Source: a bacterium (lineage in GTDB: Bacteria; UBA8248). Taken from it: DNA of 64,000 nucleotides. The notes under the pieces were generated by a model. That model saw only the letters and a list, made by a program, of their open reading frames with translations. It was not told where the DNA came from and ran no database searches. The position numbers were made by a program, and so were the translations under genes. Position 1 is the first letter of the stretch, and each line of letters begins with the position of its first letter. This document shows positions 42,254 to 52,291 of the stretch, piece by piece. The DNA is taken from positions 2,496,001-2,560,000 of the forward strand of contig CBDBZU010000004.1 of NCBI GenBank assembly GCA_965213625.1, given 5' to 3'.

Positions 42254-45118
42254 ATGTCGTCCCTGAACGGAAGAACGCGGCGGGAGAGGCAAATCCGGGT
42301 CCGGGGTGCGCGCGAGCACAACCTCAAGGACCTGAGCCTCGACATGCCGCGGGACAAGCTCATCGTCATCACGGGCCTGAGCGGCTCGGGCAAGAGTTCG
42401 CTCGCCTTCGACACCCTCTACGGTGAGGGCCAGCGCCGTTACATCGAATCCCTTTCCGCCTACGCGCGCCAGTTCATCGACCAGATCGGAAAGCCCGACG
42501 TCGATTCCATCGAGGGCCTCTCGCCCACCATCGCCATCGAACAGAAGACGGTGAGCAAGAACCCGCGCTCCACCGTCGGCACCGTGACGGAGATCTACGA
42601 TCACCTGAGGCTGCTCTACGCCCGCCTCGGCCTGCCGCACTGCCCCTCGTGCGGACAGTCCATGAACGCGCTCAACGTGGAGCAAATGGTGAGCCGCGCG
42701 ATGGGCTTGGGCAAAGGAAAAGAACTCGAGATCCTCGCTCCCATCGTGCGGGGCCGCAAGGGGATATACCGCAAGGAATTCGAGGACCTGGAGCGCAAGG
42801 GATACTTGAGAGTGCGGGTGGACGGGCGTTTTTTCCGCCTGGGCGAAGAGATATCCCTCAACCGTCACATGACGCACAACATCGAGGTGGTCGTGGATCA
42901 CGTCGTCCTGCGCGCAGGCGTGGAAAATCGCCTCGGTGAATCCATCGAGACGGCACTGGGTCTCGCGAAGGGGCTGGTGATTTTCCTTGAAGACAATGGC
43001 ACCGAGTATCTCTTCAGTGAGGAGTGCACCTGCGCGGAGTGCGGCGTGAACATCCCCGAGATGGCCCCGCGCATGTTCTCTTTCAACAGCCCCTACGGCG
43101 CATGTACGGAATGCAGCGGCCTGGGTGTGGTGCACCGCATGGATGAGGAGAAAATCGTCCCCGACCCCGGGCTCACGCTCGATGAGGGGGCAATCGCCCC
43201 CCTCTCGGGGAGCAAGAGCTTTCTGGCTTCTGCTTTGCGCGCGGTCATCGAGGCCGAAAAGATCCCGGTGGACAGGCCCTTTGCGAAACTCTCCAAGAGA
43301 CACAGGAACATCCTGTTCTACGGGAGCAAGGGCGGGAAGCTGAAAATCCGCCACAAGACGGGGAGGCGCACGCTCAGGCGCGAGCGCGTTTTCCCGGGCG
43401 TCATACCCGCTCTTGCTGAGCGTATAGAGAATACGTCGAGCGAGGGAATGCGGGCGGATTTGGAAAAATACATGAGCGTCATGCCGTGCGAGGCCTGTGC
43501 GGGTGGACGCCTGAAGCCCGAGAGCCTCGCCGTGACCTACGGCGGTAAAAGCATCGCCGAGGTCTCCGCCATGAGCATCAAGAATCTGCGCGCCTTTTTC
43601 GAAGAGCAAAACCGCGCGGATGGCGCCGACCTCGTTGCGGAACGCATTCTGAAGGAAATCATCGAGCGGCTCGAATTTCTCGAAAAGGTGGGTCTCAGCT
43701 ACCTCACGCTGGAACGTCCATCGGGTACGCTTGCGGGAGGCGAGGGGCAGCGTATCCGGCTGGCGAGCCAGATCGGCTCGAGCCTGGTGGGCGTCTTGTA
43801 CGTGCTCGATGAGCCGAGCATCGGCTTGCACCAGCGGGACAACCGCCGCCTTCTCGATACGCTGTGCCGCCTCCGCGACATGGGGAACACGATCATCGTC
43901 GTCGAACACGATCGCGAGACCATCGAATCGGCCGACTACGTGGTGGACTTGGGGCCAGGAGCGGGCGAGCACGGTGGATACCTCGTGGCATCCGGCGCAC
44001 CGGACGATATTCGCTCGAACGCCGCTTCGCTTACGGGGCGATACCTATCCGGCGAAGTCGATATTCCCCGACCCGAGCAGCGCCGCGCGCCTAGCGGGGA
44101 CTGCATTTCCATCCGGGGGGCGCGGCAGCACAATCTCAAGAACGTGGATGTCGATTTTCCGCTCGGCATGCTCATCTGCGTCACGGGCGTGAGCGGCAGC
44201 GGCAAGAGCACCCTGGTGGACGAGATTCTCTATCGCGCGCTATCGCGGCGTATCTACCGCTCGCTCGCCACGCCCGGCGCGCACGATTCCATCGAGGGCG
44301 TGGAACTCATCGACAAGGTCATCGCCATCGATCAATCGCCCATCGGGCGGACGCCGAGGAGCAACCCGGCCACCTACACGGGCGTTTTCTCCCCGATTCG
44401 CAACCTTTTCTCCCAGGTGCCCGAGGCCCGAAAGCGCGGCTATCTCGCCGGACGCTTCAGCTTCAACGTCAAGGGGGGACGCTGCGAGACCTGTCAGGGG
44501 GACGGCTACATTCGTCTCGAAATGCACTTCTTGCCCGATCTGTTCGTGCGCTGCTCGGAGTGCCAGGGCAGGCGCTTCAACCGCGACACGCTCGACGTCC
44601 GCTACAAAGGGCGGAACATCGCCGAAGTGCTGGAGATGACGGTGGATGATGCCCTGGCGTTTTTCGAGAACATCAACGCGGTGCGCTGGAAGATGAAGAC
44701 GATGCAGGACGTGGGTCTGGGCTACCTGCGCCTGGGCCAGCCGGCCACGACGCTGAGCGGCGGAGAGGCCCAGCGCATCAAGCTCTCGAGAGAACTCGCC
44801 AAGCGGGCCACCGGCAGGACGGTGTACATTCTCGACGAGCCGACCACGGGGCTTCACTTCGCCGACATCGAAAAGCTGCTGGACGTGCTGCACCGCCTCG
44901 TCGACCAGGGCAATACCGTGGTCGTCATCGAGCACAACATCGACGTCATCAAGGCGGTCGACCACATCATCGACCTGGGTCCGGAGGGAGGGGAGGAGGG
45001 CGGTTACCTGCTCGCCGAGGGCCCGCCCGAGCGAATCGCCGGAATCGAGACTTCCGCAACGGGCAATTCCCTGCGCGATGCGTTGAACGGCACGCTTTCG
45101 AACTCACAGCCCGCCTGA
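42254..45118 (+). CDS. uvrA: Excinuclease ABC subunit A
   Basis: GAREHNLK; [14 protein letters not shown]; GRTPRSNP; [11 protein letters not shown]; LSGGEAQR. Confidence 0.98.
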   Translation: MSSLNGRTRRERQIRVRGAREHNLKDLSLDMPRDKLIVITGLSGSGKSSLAFDTLYGEGQRRYIESLSAYARQFIDQIGKPDVDSIEGLSPTIAIEQKTVSKNPRSTVGTVTEIYDHLRLLYARLGLPHCPSCGQSMNALNVEQMVSRAMGLGKGKELEILAPIVRGRKGIYRKEFEDLERKGYLRVRVDGRFFRLGEEISLNRHMTHNIEVVVDHVVLRAGVENRLGESIETALGLAKGLVIFLEDNGTEYLFSEECTCAECGVNIPEMAPRMFSFNSPYGACTECSGLGVVHRMDEEKIVPDPGLTLDEGAIAPLSGSKSFLASALRAVIEAEKIPVDRPFAKLSKRHRNILFYGSKGGKLKIRHKTGRRTLRRERVFPGVIPALAERIENTSSEGMRADLEKYMSVMPCEACAGGRLKPESLAVTYGGKSIAEVSAMSIKNLRAFFEEQNRADGADLVAERILKEIIERLEFLEKVGLSYLTLERPSGTLAGGEGQRIRLASQIGSSLVGVLYVLDEPSIGLHQRDNRRLLDTLCRLRDMGNTIIVVEHDRETIESADYVVDLGPGAGEHGGYLVASGAPDDIRSNAASLTGRYLSGEVDIPRPEQRRAPSGDCISIRGARQHNLKNVDVDFPLGMLICVTGVSGSGKSTLVDEILYRALSRRIYRSLATPGAHDSIEGVELIDKVIAIDQSPIGRTPRSNPATYTGVFSPIRNLFSQVPEARKRGYLAGRFSFNVKGGRCETCQGDGYIRLEMHFLPDLFVRCSECQGRRFNRDTLDVRYKGRNIAEVLEMTVDDALAFFENINAVRWKMKTMQDVGLGYLRLGQPATTLSGGEAQRIKLSRELAKRATGRTVYILDEPTTGLHFADIEKLLDVLHRLVDQGNTVVVIEHNIDVIKAVDHIIDLGPEGGEEGGYLLAEGPPERIAGIETSATGNSLRDALNGTLSNSQPA

Positions 45119-45130
45119 CCGTCTTCACCG

Positions 45131-45931
45131 ATGAACGCCGAAAACACCCGCTGCCTCGTTTTGTGGATAGAGTACAAGGGCACGAATTTTCACGGTTGGC
45201 AGACCCAGCCCGGCCAGCGAACCGTCCAGAGCGTAATAGAGGGCGCGCTCACGAAGATGTGCGGGGAGCCGATACGCATCATCGGCTCGGGCCGCACCGA
45301 CGCCGGCGTCCACGCATGGGGACAGGTGGCGCATTTTCATACGCGCTCGCAAATCGAACCCTACAAGGTGCGGATCGGCCTGAACACCATGATGTGCCGC
45401 GACGTCTCGATTTTCGATTGCCGGGAAGCGCCGGGCGGTTTTCACGCCCAGTTCGACGCCGTTCGCAAGACCTATCGCTACCGCATCTTGAACCGCCGCT
45501 CGCCGAGCGCCATCCGCCATCCATACGCCTGGCACGTGCGAAAACGCCTCGATGTCGAGGCGATGGGCCGGGCGGCGGAAATCCTGGAGGGCGAGCATGA
45601 TTTCGCCAGTTTCTGCCGGGAGAAGGGGAGGCCCGATGACACCGTGCGCCGCCTGGAGCGCCTGAGCGTGGAGCGCGCGGGCGATGAGGTGGTCATCGAG
45701 GCGACGGCGGGGGGATTTCTGCGCCACATGGTGAGGAATCTGGTCGGCGTCCTGGTGGAGGTGGGCCGCGGGGAGCGCGAGGCGGATTCCGTACAAGAGG
45801 TGCTTGCGGGGAAGAACAGGGCGCTTGCGGGCGTCAACGCGCCGCCCCAGGGCTTGGCGCTGGTTAGCGTGGATTATGGCGACAGGCTGCCGCCCGGGTC
45901 CGCTCCGGGGCCCGAGGAAACCGACGCTTGA
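45131..45931 (+). CDS. truA: tRNA pseudouridine(38-40) synthase
   Basis: EYKGTNFHGWQ; GRTDAGVHA; HDFASF; FLRHMVR; APPQGL. Confidence 0.96.
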   Translation: MNAENTRCLVLWIEYKGTNFHGWQTQPGQRTVQSVIEGALTKMCGEPIRIIGSGRTDAGVHAWGQVAHFHTRSQIEPYKVRIGLNTMMCRDVSIFDCREAPGGFHAQFDAVRKTYRYRILNRRSPSAIRHPYAWHVRKRLDVEAMGRAAEILEGEHDFASFCREKGRPDDTVRRLERLSVERAGDEVVIEATAGGFLRHMVRNLVGVLVEVGRGEREADSVQEVLAGKNRALAGVNAPPQGLALVSVDYGDRLPPGSAPGPEETDA

Positions 45932-45999
45932 CCATTTCTCCCATATTTGGGTATCTTCCTCGAAGCAGCGGAATTTTCTTGCAAGGGGTTGGGAAGCGG

Positions 46000-46071
46000 A
46001 TGGGAACGAGAGAAACATTCATGGAGGCTTGGCCCTGGCGATGCTCCGCCAAATCTGGAGGTGCGCCATAA
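46000..46071 (+). CDS. trpL: Putative trp leader peptide MGTRETFMEAWPWRCSAKSGGAP
   Basis: 23-codon ORF with TGG-CCC-TGG immediately upstream of a terminator and trpE. Confidence 0.7.
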   Translation: MGTRETFMEAWPWRCSAKSGGAP

Positions 46072-46106
46072 GGGTAATTGTCTGAGTTTTTTGAAAGTGA
46101 ATCCCC

Positions 46107-46142
46107 AAGCCATGGCGGCCCGTTCGGTCCCGTGGCTTTTTT
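46107..46142 (+). terminator. trp attenuator terminator
   Basis: AAGCCATGG...CCGTGGCTT stem followed by a T-run. Confidence 0.75.
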
Positions 46143-46172
46143 ATATGGAGGCGAGGCGCCGCTTGTAAGACG

Positions 46173-47708
46173 ATGCCTCGAATAAGGATGAATCCAGAAA
46201 ATCATTCGCCGGACAAGGAAACCTTCCTCGCTCTCTGCGAGCGGGGCAACATCATTCCGGTGTACCGGGAAATACTCGCCGACCTCGATACGCCGGTGTC
46301 CGCCTATCTGAAAATCGCCGACGGCTCCCATTCCTTCTTGCTCGAAAGCGTCGAGGGCGGGGAGAAGTGGGCGAGGTACACCTTTCTGGGCAGCGAGCCC
46401 TCTCTCATCTTCGAGAGCAAGGGCAGGCGCGTGCGGGTCACGCAGGAGGGGAAGAGTGAAGCGTTTGACGTCGATGACCCCATCGATGCGCTCAGGCAGT
46501 TGATGCAGCCCTACATACCCGTCGACCTTCCCGGCCTGCCGAGGTTCTGGGGAGGGGCCATCGGCTGCATGGGCTATGACGCGGTTCGCTTCATCGAGCG
46601 CCTGCCCGGGAATGCGCATGACGATCTCGAACTGCCCGAGCTGTTGTTCATGATCACGAAGTCGCTGATCATCTTCGACAACGCGGCGCAGAAGATGTTC
46701 GTCCTCGCCCATGCGCACATCACGGATGACGGCCCCGAGGCCGCCTATGAAGATGCGTGCGCGCGCGTCGATGCGCTCATCGATAAGCTGAGAGGCCCAT
46801 CCGTCGCCCCGCCTTACGAGCCGGTGGAAACGCCTCGGGACGGCGGGAGCGGACACCCTGTGGCGAACATGCCGGGCCTCTACTCGTCTTTCACGCGCGA
46901 GGGGTTCGAGAAGGCCGTCGCCGATACGGTGGAGCTCATCCACGCCGGCGAGGCGATCCAGGTCGTGCTCTCACAGCGCCTGGAGAGCGCCCTGGACGTG
47001 CACCCGTTCGCCATCTACCGGGCGCTGCGGACGGTCAATCCCTCGCCCTACATGTTTTATCTCGAACTCGGCGACGTCACCCTCGTCGGCGCATCGCCCG
47101 AGGTGCTCGTGCGGCTCGAGGGCGATAGGGTCGAGGTACGCCCCATCGCGGGCACACGGCGGCGCGGGCGCGACGAGGCGGAGGATCGCGCGCTGGCGGA
47201 TGAGCTCCTCGCCGATGAGAAGGAACGCGCCGAGCACATCATGCTCGTCGATCTGGGCCGCAACGACATCGGCCGTGTCTGCGAGCGCGGGACGGTGCGC
47301 GTCACCGAGCAGATGGTCATAGAGCGCTACTCCCACGTCATGCACATCGTGAGCAACGTGGTGGGCGAGCTGGCCGAGGGCAGGGACGCCTTCGACGTGC
47401 TCAGGGCCTCCTTTCCGGCCGGCACCGTCTCGGGCGCGCCCAAGGTGCGGGCCATGGAGATCATCGACGAGATGGAGCCCGTGCGGCGGGGTCCCTATGC
47501 GGGCGCGGTGGGGTATTTCGGCTTCGGCGGCAGCATGGACACCTGCATCGCCATCCGTACGCTCTACGCGCGCGGCGGCAAGCTCTACCTCCAGGTGGGC
47601 GCGGGCGTCGTGGCGGACTCGAAGCCCGATTTCGAGTACGAGGAAACCATCAACAAGGCCCGAGGGTCGCTGCGCGCGCTGGACGTGGCGCGGGGCGGCC
47701 TTCCGTAG
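46173..47708 (+). CDS. trpE: Anthranilate synthase component I
   Basis: LLESVEGG; NPSPYMF; ASPE; PIAGTR; KERAEHIMLVDLGRND; FPAGTVSGAPK. Confidence 0.96.
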   Translation: MPRIRMNPENHSPDKETFLALCERGNIIPVYREILADLDTPVSAYLKIADGSHSFLLESVEGGEKWARYTFLGSEPSLIFESKGRRVRVTQEGKSEAFDVDDPIDALRQLMQPYIPVDLPGLPRFWGGAIGCMGYDAVRFIERLPGNAHDDLELPELLFMITKSLIIFDNAAQKMFVLAHAHITDDGPEAAYEDACARVDALIDKLRGPSVAPPYEPVETPRDGGSGHPVANMPGLYSSFTREGFEKAVADTVELIHAGEAIQVVLSQRLESALDVHPFAIYRALRTVNPSPYMFYLELGDVTLVGASPEVLVRLEGDRVEVRPIAGTRRRGRDEAEDRALADELLADEKERAEHIMLVDLGRNDIGRVCERGTVRVTEQMVIERYSHVMHIVSNVVGELAEGRDAFDVLRASFPAGTVSGAPKVRAMEIIDEMEPVRRGPYAGAVGYFGFGGSMDTCIAIRTLYARGGKLYLQVGAGVVADSKPDFEYEETINKARGSLRALDVARGGLP

Positions 47709-47723
47709 GCCGGAGAATACGAT

Positions 47724-48308
47724 ATGAAGCGCGTATTGATGATCGATAATTACGATTCGTTCACCTACAACCTCGTCCAGTATCTGGCCGAACTCGGTGC
47801 TGAGGTCACGGTGTGGCGGAACGATCAGTTCGAGCTCGATGACGTGGCCGAACTCGCGCCCGAGATGATCTTCATCTCCCCGGGGCCGGGGCGGCCCGAA
47901 TCAGCCGGTCTCTCCATGCCGCTCGTCGAGCGCTTTGCGGGGGAATATCCCATCCTGGGCGTGTGCCTAGGGCATCAGGCCATCGCGCAGGTATACGGCG
48001 GCGGCATCGTCCGCGCCGAGCGGATCATGCACGGAAAAACCTCGGAAATTCACCACGACGGGCGGGGCGTTTTTTGCGAACTCCCGAACCCGATGACGGC
48101 CACGAGGTACCACAGCCTCCTGCTTGCGCGCGAGAACATACCGCCCGAAATCGAGGTGTGCGCGGAGACGGATGAGGGCGAGATCATGGGGCTCCGCATC
48201 CGGGGCGTGGCGGTCGCGGGCGTTCAGTTTCACCCCGAGTCCATACTCTCGCCCGAGGGCAAGGCGCTGCTTCAAAATGCGCTCGAAGGCGCTATCGACC
48301 GGCCTTGA
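47724..48308 (+). CDS. trpG: Anthranilate synthase component II (glutamine amidotransferase)
   Basis: IDNYDSFTYNL; SPGPG; GVCLGHQ; QFHPES. Confidence 0.94.
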   Translation: MKRVLMIDNYDSFTYNLVQYLAELGAEVTVWRNDQFELDDVAELAPEMIFISPGPGRPESAGLSMPLVERFAGEYPILGVCLGHQAIAQVYGGGIVRAERIMHGKTSEIHHDGRGVFCELPNPMTATRYHSLLLARENIPPEIEVCAETDEGEIMGLRIRGVAVAGVQFHPESILSPEGKALLQNALEGAIDRP

Positions 48309-48459
48309 GGGAATCCGCGCGGACGCGGTATGGTAACCTGGAACAAGCGAAACTCACGCGCTCTCAGACGCAAATCACAAGAGGTGTGCGTGCGGTGGCG
48401 CGGACCGCAACGGAGCGGGAACGAATGAAGACACAACAACTCAATGAGGATATGCGTTC

Positions 48460-49470
48460 ATGATTCAGGAAGCCATCGGAAAGCTCGTGGAAGGCCGCCA
48501 CCTGAGTGCGGATGAGGCGGAGAAGGTGATGGACCTCATCATGACGGGCGAGGCCACCCAGGCCCAGATCGGCGCCTATCTGGTGGCGCTCCGCATGGCG
48601 GGAGAGACGCCCGAGGAAATCGCTGGCAGCGTCCGCTCCATGCGCGCCAGGGCGACGTGGGTGAAGACCAAGCACCCCTTCGTGGTTGACGTGGTGGGCA
48701 CGGGCGGCGACGGCGCCCATACCTTCAACATCAGCACGAGCGCGGCTCTCGTCGTGGCGGCGGCGGGCCAGCCCGTGGCGAAACACGGCAACCGTGCGGT
48801 GTCGAGCAAATCGGGCGCCGCCGACGTATTGAAGGCGTTGGGGGTGAACATCGAGGCCACGCCCGAGAAGGTGGGCGAGTGCATCGACGAGGCGGGCGTG
48901 GGCTTTATGTTCGCGCCCATGCTCCACGGCGCGATGAAGCACGCCATCGGCCCCAGGCGCGAGATCGCCATGCGCAGCATCTTTAACGTCATGGGTCCGC
49001 TCACGAACCCCGCGCGCGCCCAGAGCCAGCTGGTGGGCGTGTACGCGGCAGAACTCACCGAGCTGGTGGCGGACGTGCTTCGTCAGGTGGGCTGCCGGAA
49101 GGCGCTCGTTGTGCACGGGTCCGACGGTATGGACGAGTTGACGCTCACTGGCTCCTCGCGCGTCTCGGAGTGGGACGGGAGCGAGATCAGGACGTATGAC
49201 GTCACGCCGGAAGATGCAGGCCTCGAGCGCGCAGACGCAGATGCCGTGAAGGGCGGCGAGCCTGAGGAGAACGCGGAGATCACGCGCGCCATCCTTGGTG
49301 GTGAGATAGGCCCCAAGCGCGACATCGTGCTCTTGAACGCCGCCGCGGCCCTCATCGCCGCGGACAAGGCGGGGGATCTGAGAGAGGGCGTCGCCCAGGC
49401 GGCCGCGGCAATAGATTCGGGCGAGGCGGCGAGCGTCCTCGCGCGCCTCGTGGAAGTGTCCAACTCCTGA
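48460..49470 (+). CDS. trpD: Anthranilate phosphoribosyltransferase
   Basis: GTGGDG..TFNIST; KHGNR; GPLTNP; DGMDE. Confidence 0.96.
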   Translation: MIQEAIGKLVEGRHLSADEAEKVMDLIMTGEATQAQIGAYLVALRMAGETPEEIAGSVRSMRARATWVKTKHPFVVDVVGTGGDGAHTFNISTSAALVVAAAGQPVAKHGNRAVSSKSGAADVLKALGVNIEATPEKVGECIDEAGVGFMFAPMLHGAMKHAIGPRREIAMRSIFNVMGPLTNPARAQSQLVGVYAAELTELVADVLRQVGCRKALVVHGSDGMDELTLTGSSRVSEWDGSEIRTYDVTPEDAGLERADADAVKGGEPEENAEITRAILGGEIGPKRDIVLLNAAAALIAADKAGDLREGVAQAAAAIDSGEAASVLARLVEVSNS

Positions 49471-49488
49471 GCGAGGTGGGTATGGCTT

Positions 49489-49757
49489 GGGGTTGTTGGA
49501 AAAGTTCTGGAAAGCAATTTTGAGTTTCTCGCACGCTTTTGAAGTTCACTCCCCCCTTGAGGGTCATTGCCGACCGAAAAGGGAGGGAATGTCGGTGAGG
49601 TAAGGGCGCATGCCCGCAAGCGAACCGGTTGGGGGTAGAATTCGGAATGGCGATCAAACACGTTTTACCCCCCACGCATCAGCCTTCGCACAAGTCGCTC
49701 GGCTTTTGCTACTCCCCCTCAAGGGGGGAGTGGATCTCTTCTCTCTCGTCGGTTGGC
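49489..49757. mobile_element. Palindromic repeat element, copy 2 (between trpD and trpC)
   Basis: GGGGTTGTTGGAAAAGTT end; TCACTCCCCCCTTGAGGG at 49546-49563 and ACTCCCCCTCAAGGGGGGAGTG at 49711-49732. Confidence 0.75.
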
Positions 49758-49886
49758 AATGCCGTTCAAGGGCGAAGCTCGAAACCGTGCCGGTGGGGGG
49801 TGAATTTCGGGCAATTTGTGACTGATTCAACAAAACCCGGCTTCGCTGGCTCATAGATTGTCGATTCCTGCTGGGAGCATGAAACC

Positions 49887-50726
49887 TTGACGATTGCGAC
49901 GCATACGGTTTTGGATAAGCTCGTGGAAGGCGTCCGCGAGGACATCGCCTCGGACAAGAGACGGCGCTCCGAAGCCGACCTCAAATCCATGGCGAAGGAT
50001 GCGCCGCCCACGGTGAGTTTCGCAGGCGCGCTCAGGCGGCCCGAGTCTGGCGAAGATGACGACGGCAGCCTGATGCGCGTCATCGCCGAAGTGAAACAGG
50101 CCTCCCCCTCTCAGGGCCAGATTGCCGAGAGTTTTGAGCCGGGCGAAATCGCCAAAGCCTATGAGGCGGGCGGCGCCGCCGCCGTTTCGGTGCTGACCGA
50201 GCGGAGACGCTTTCTCGGCGAAATGGCGCATCTGGAACAAGTGCGCGGCGCGGTGGGTCTGCCCGTTCTCAGGAAAGAGTTTATCTTCACCGAATACCAG
50301 ATACTGGAGGCCCGCGCGGGCGGGGCGGACGCCATTCTGCTGATAGCGGCCATCCTGGAGACGGCGCAGATGGAGGATTTGCGCGCGCTCGCAGAAGAAC
50401 TGGAGATGGACGCGCTCGTTGAGGTGTATGCCGAAGAAGAACTCGGGCGCGCCCTGGAAGCCGGGACCCGGGTGCTCGGCGTGAACAACCGCAATCTCAA
50501 GACCTTCGAGGTTGATACGGAGCATACTTCCCGTGTATTCGGGCGGCTCACGCCCGAGCAGAGAGAAGCGCTCGCCCTGGTGTCGGAGAGCGGGATATTC
50601 GGATGGGAGGAGGTGGCTCCGCTCGTGGATGAGGGGGTGGACGCCATCCTCGTCGGCGAGGCCCTCATGCGCGCGCCCGACACCGGGGAACTGCTGCGCG
50701 AATTGAGGGGCATCGGAGTCGAATAG
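49887..50726 (+). CDS. trpC: Indole-3-glycerol phosphate synthase
   Basis: IAEVKQASPS; SVLTE; LPVLRKEF; GVNNRNL; VSESGI. Confidence 0.95.
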   Translation: MTIATHTVLDKLVEGVREDIASDKRRRSEADLKSMAKDAPPTVSFAGALRRPESGEDDDGSLMRVIAEVKQASPSQGQIAESFEPGEIAKAYEAGGAAAVSVLTERRRFLGEMAHLEQVRGAVGLPVLRKEFIFTEYQILEARAGGADAILLIAAILETAQMEDLRALAEELEMDALVEVYAEEELGRALEAGTRVLGVNNRNLKTFEVDTEHTSRVFGRLTPEQREALALVSESGIFGWEEVAPLVDEGVDAILVGEALMRAPDTGELLRELRGIGVE

Positions 50727-50816
50727 CGAAAAACATCCGTCGGCGAATGCGCCGTAAGGTATTGAATATTTTATCTAAAACTGAGTTTCGCGGCATAGCC
50801 TGAAGGGGAAACCTGC

Positions 50817-51707
50817 ATGTACGAAGAGATTGTTTACTACAGCGACGGCCTCAAAATCGCATCCCACCTCTATGCGCCCAAAGGCTGGAAAAAGGGCGAC
50901 CCGCCCGGACCCGCCATCATCTGCCTGCACGGCTACAGCGGGATGAAGGAAGTCTACGGGATGGACGTGCCCAGGCGTCTCTGGGAGGAGGGCTATTTCA
51001 TCCTGGCGCCCGATCACCGCGGCTTCGGCAAGAGCGATGGCGAGCGCGGCCGCCAGCGGCCCCTGGAGCAGGCGCAGGATACCTACGACGCCATCTCCTA
51101 CATGGAGACCGTCGAGGGCGTGGACCCCGAGCGAATCGGCATTTTCGGAACGAGCTTCGGCGGGGCGAACGCCATCTGGGTGGCGGCCTTCGATGAGCGC
51201 GTGAAGGTGGTGGTCTCCTCGGTGGGGGTGCACGAGGGCGAGCGCTGGATGCGTTCGGTGAGGAGGCCGCACGAGTGGGATTCGTTCCAGAAGACAGTCA
51301 TGGCGGCCGCCAGAAAGCGCGTCACCACCGGCGAGCCGACCACCATGCCGCTGCCCGAGATCATGCTCTGCGATCCCCATACGCTCAAGGTCATCCAGGA
51401 GAACCACCAGAAACACGATGACTACGTGAAGGACTACGACCTGCAAAGCGCCGAGGCCTGCTGGCGCTACAAGCCCGAGTGGGTGGCGGACAGGATCGCG
51501 CCGCGCCCTGTCTTGTTCATCTATTCGGAAAACGATTTCCTCGTGCCCGTGCAGGAGCAAATCAGCTGCTACGAGGCCTGCGGAGAGCCTAAGAAAATCG
51601 TCAAACTCCCCGGCGCGCAGCATTACGAGTCCTATTATTTCTGCAGCCCCGAGCACCACGAAATCGGCATGGTCGAAGCGGTCAACTGGTTCAAGAAGTA
51701 TTTATGA
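50817..51707 (+). CDS. Alpha/beta hydrolase
   Basis: CLHGY; DHRGFGKSDG; GTSFGG nucleophile elbow; D and H near the C-terminus. Confidence 0.88.
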   Translation: MYEEIVYYSDGLKIASHLYAPKGWKKGDPPGPAIICLHGYSGMKEVYGMDVPRRLWEEGYFILAPDHRGFGKSDGERGRQRPLEQAQDTYDAISYMETVEGVDPERIGIFGTSFGGANAIWVAAFDERVKVVVSSVGVHEGERWMRSVRRPHEWDSFQKTVMAAARKRVTTGEPTTMPLPEIMLCDPHTLKVIQENHQKHDDYVKDYDLQSAEACWRYKPEWVADRIAPRPVLFIYSENDFLVPVQEQISCYEACGEPKKIVKLPGAQHYESYYFCSPEHHEIGMVEAVNWFKKYL

Positions 51708-51885
51708 CGCTTGTGTCGATGGCTTGAATGAAGGGGGCAACGGAGCGATAGGCACTTGCATATCCAGTTGTAGAGAACGACGCCCCCTCGCCGCAACTTC
51801 ATGCCCGGCGGCCACGGATTATGGCTCGGGATGCTCTCTCAAAATGGAGCCGTTGAATAATCCATGATTTCGCGATTCGGTGTAT

Positions 51886-52141
51886 CTGACTGACCGATGA
51901 GAGAGGGAATTCACTCCCCCCCTGAGGGGGAGTCGAAGAGGCCGAGCAGTTTATGCGAAGGCCTATTCGGTGGGGGGACATGCCACGGATTAAAAGCTCC
52001 CCCCACCAACTCGCCTGCGGGCCTCGCCCTTGTCTCGTTGTCGGGCATTCCCCTCGGGATGCCCGACCCTAAAGGGGGGAGTTAACTTCAAAGGCGTTCG
52101 TGCAACCCAAATTCACTTGCCGGGACTTTTTCAACATCCCC
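51886..52141. mobile_element. Palindromic repeat element, copy 3 (inverted relative to copy 2)
   Basis: TCACTCCCCCCCTGAGGGGGAGT at 51911-51933 ... CCCTAAAGGGGGGAGT at 52067-52082; 52084-52141 is the reverse-complement homologue of 49489-49545. Confidence 0.75.
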
Positions 52142-52291
52142 AACAAGGGGGGGTGCTCTCTGGACAAAGGCTTTTCAAGAACCCCTTTCAGAGTCGGCTT
52201 GATGGGGTTTTGCCGGGTTTGTGCTCCTGTTCGTAAATTGAGTATCATGTGCAACGAGCCTGCTTTCCCCCAATGAGAGCCATTATCTCCA

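Noticed and set aside
45935-46170. T-box riboswitch upstream of trpE
   Set aside because: No T-box consensus (AAnnnGGGTGGnACC); the leader-peptide model fits better
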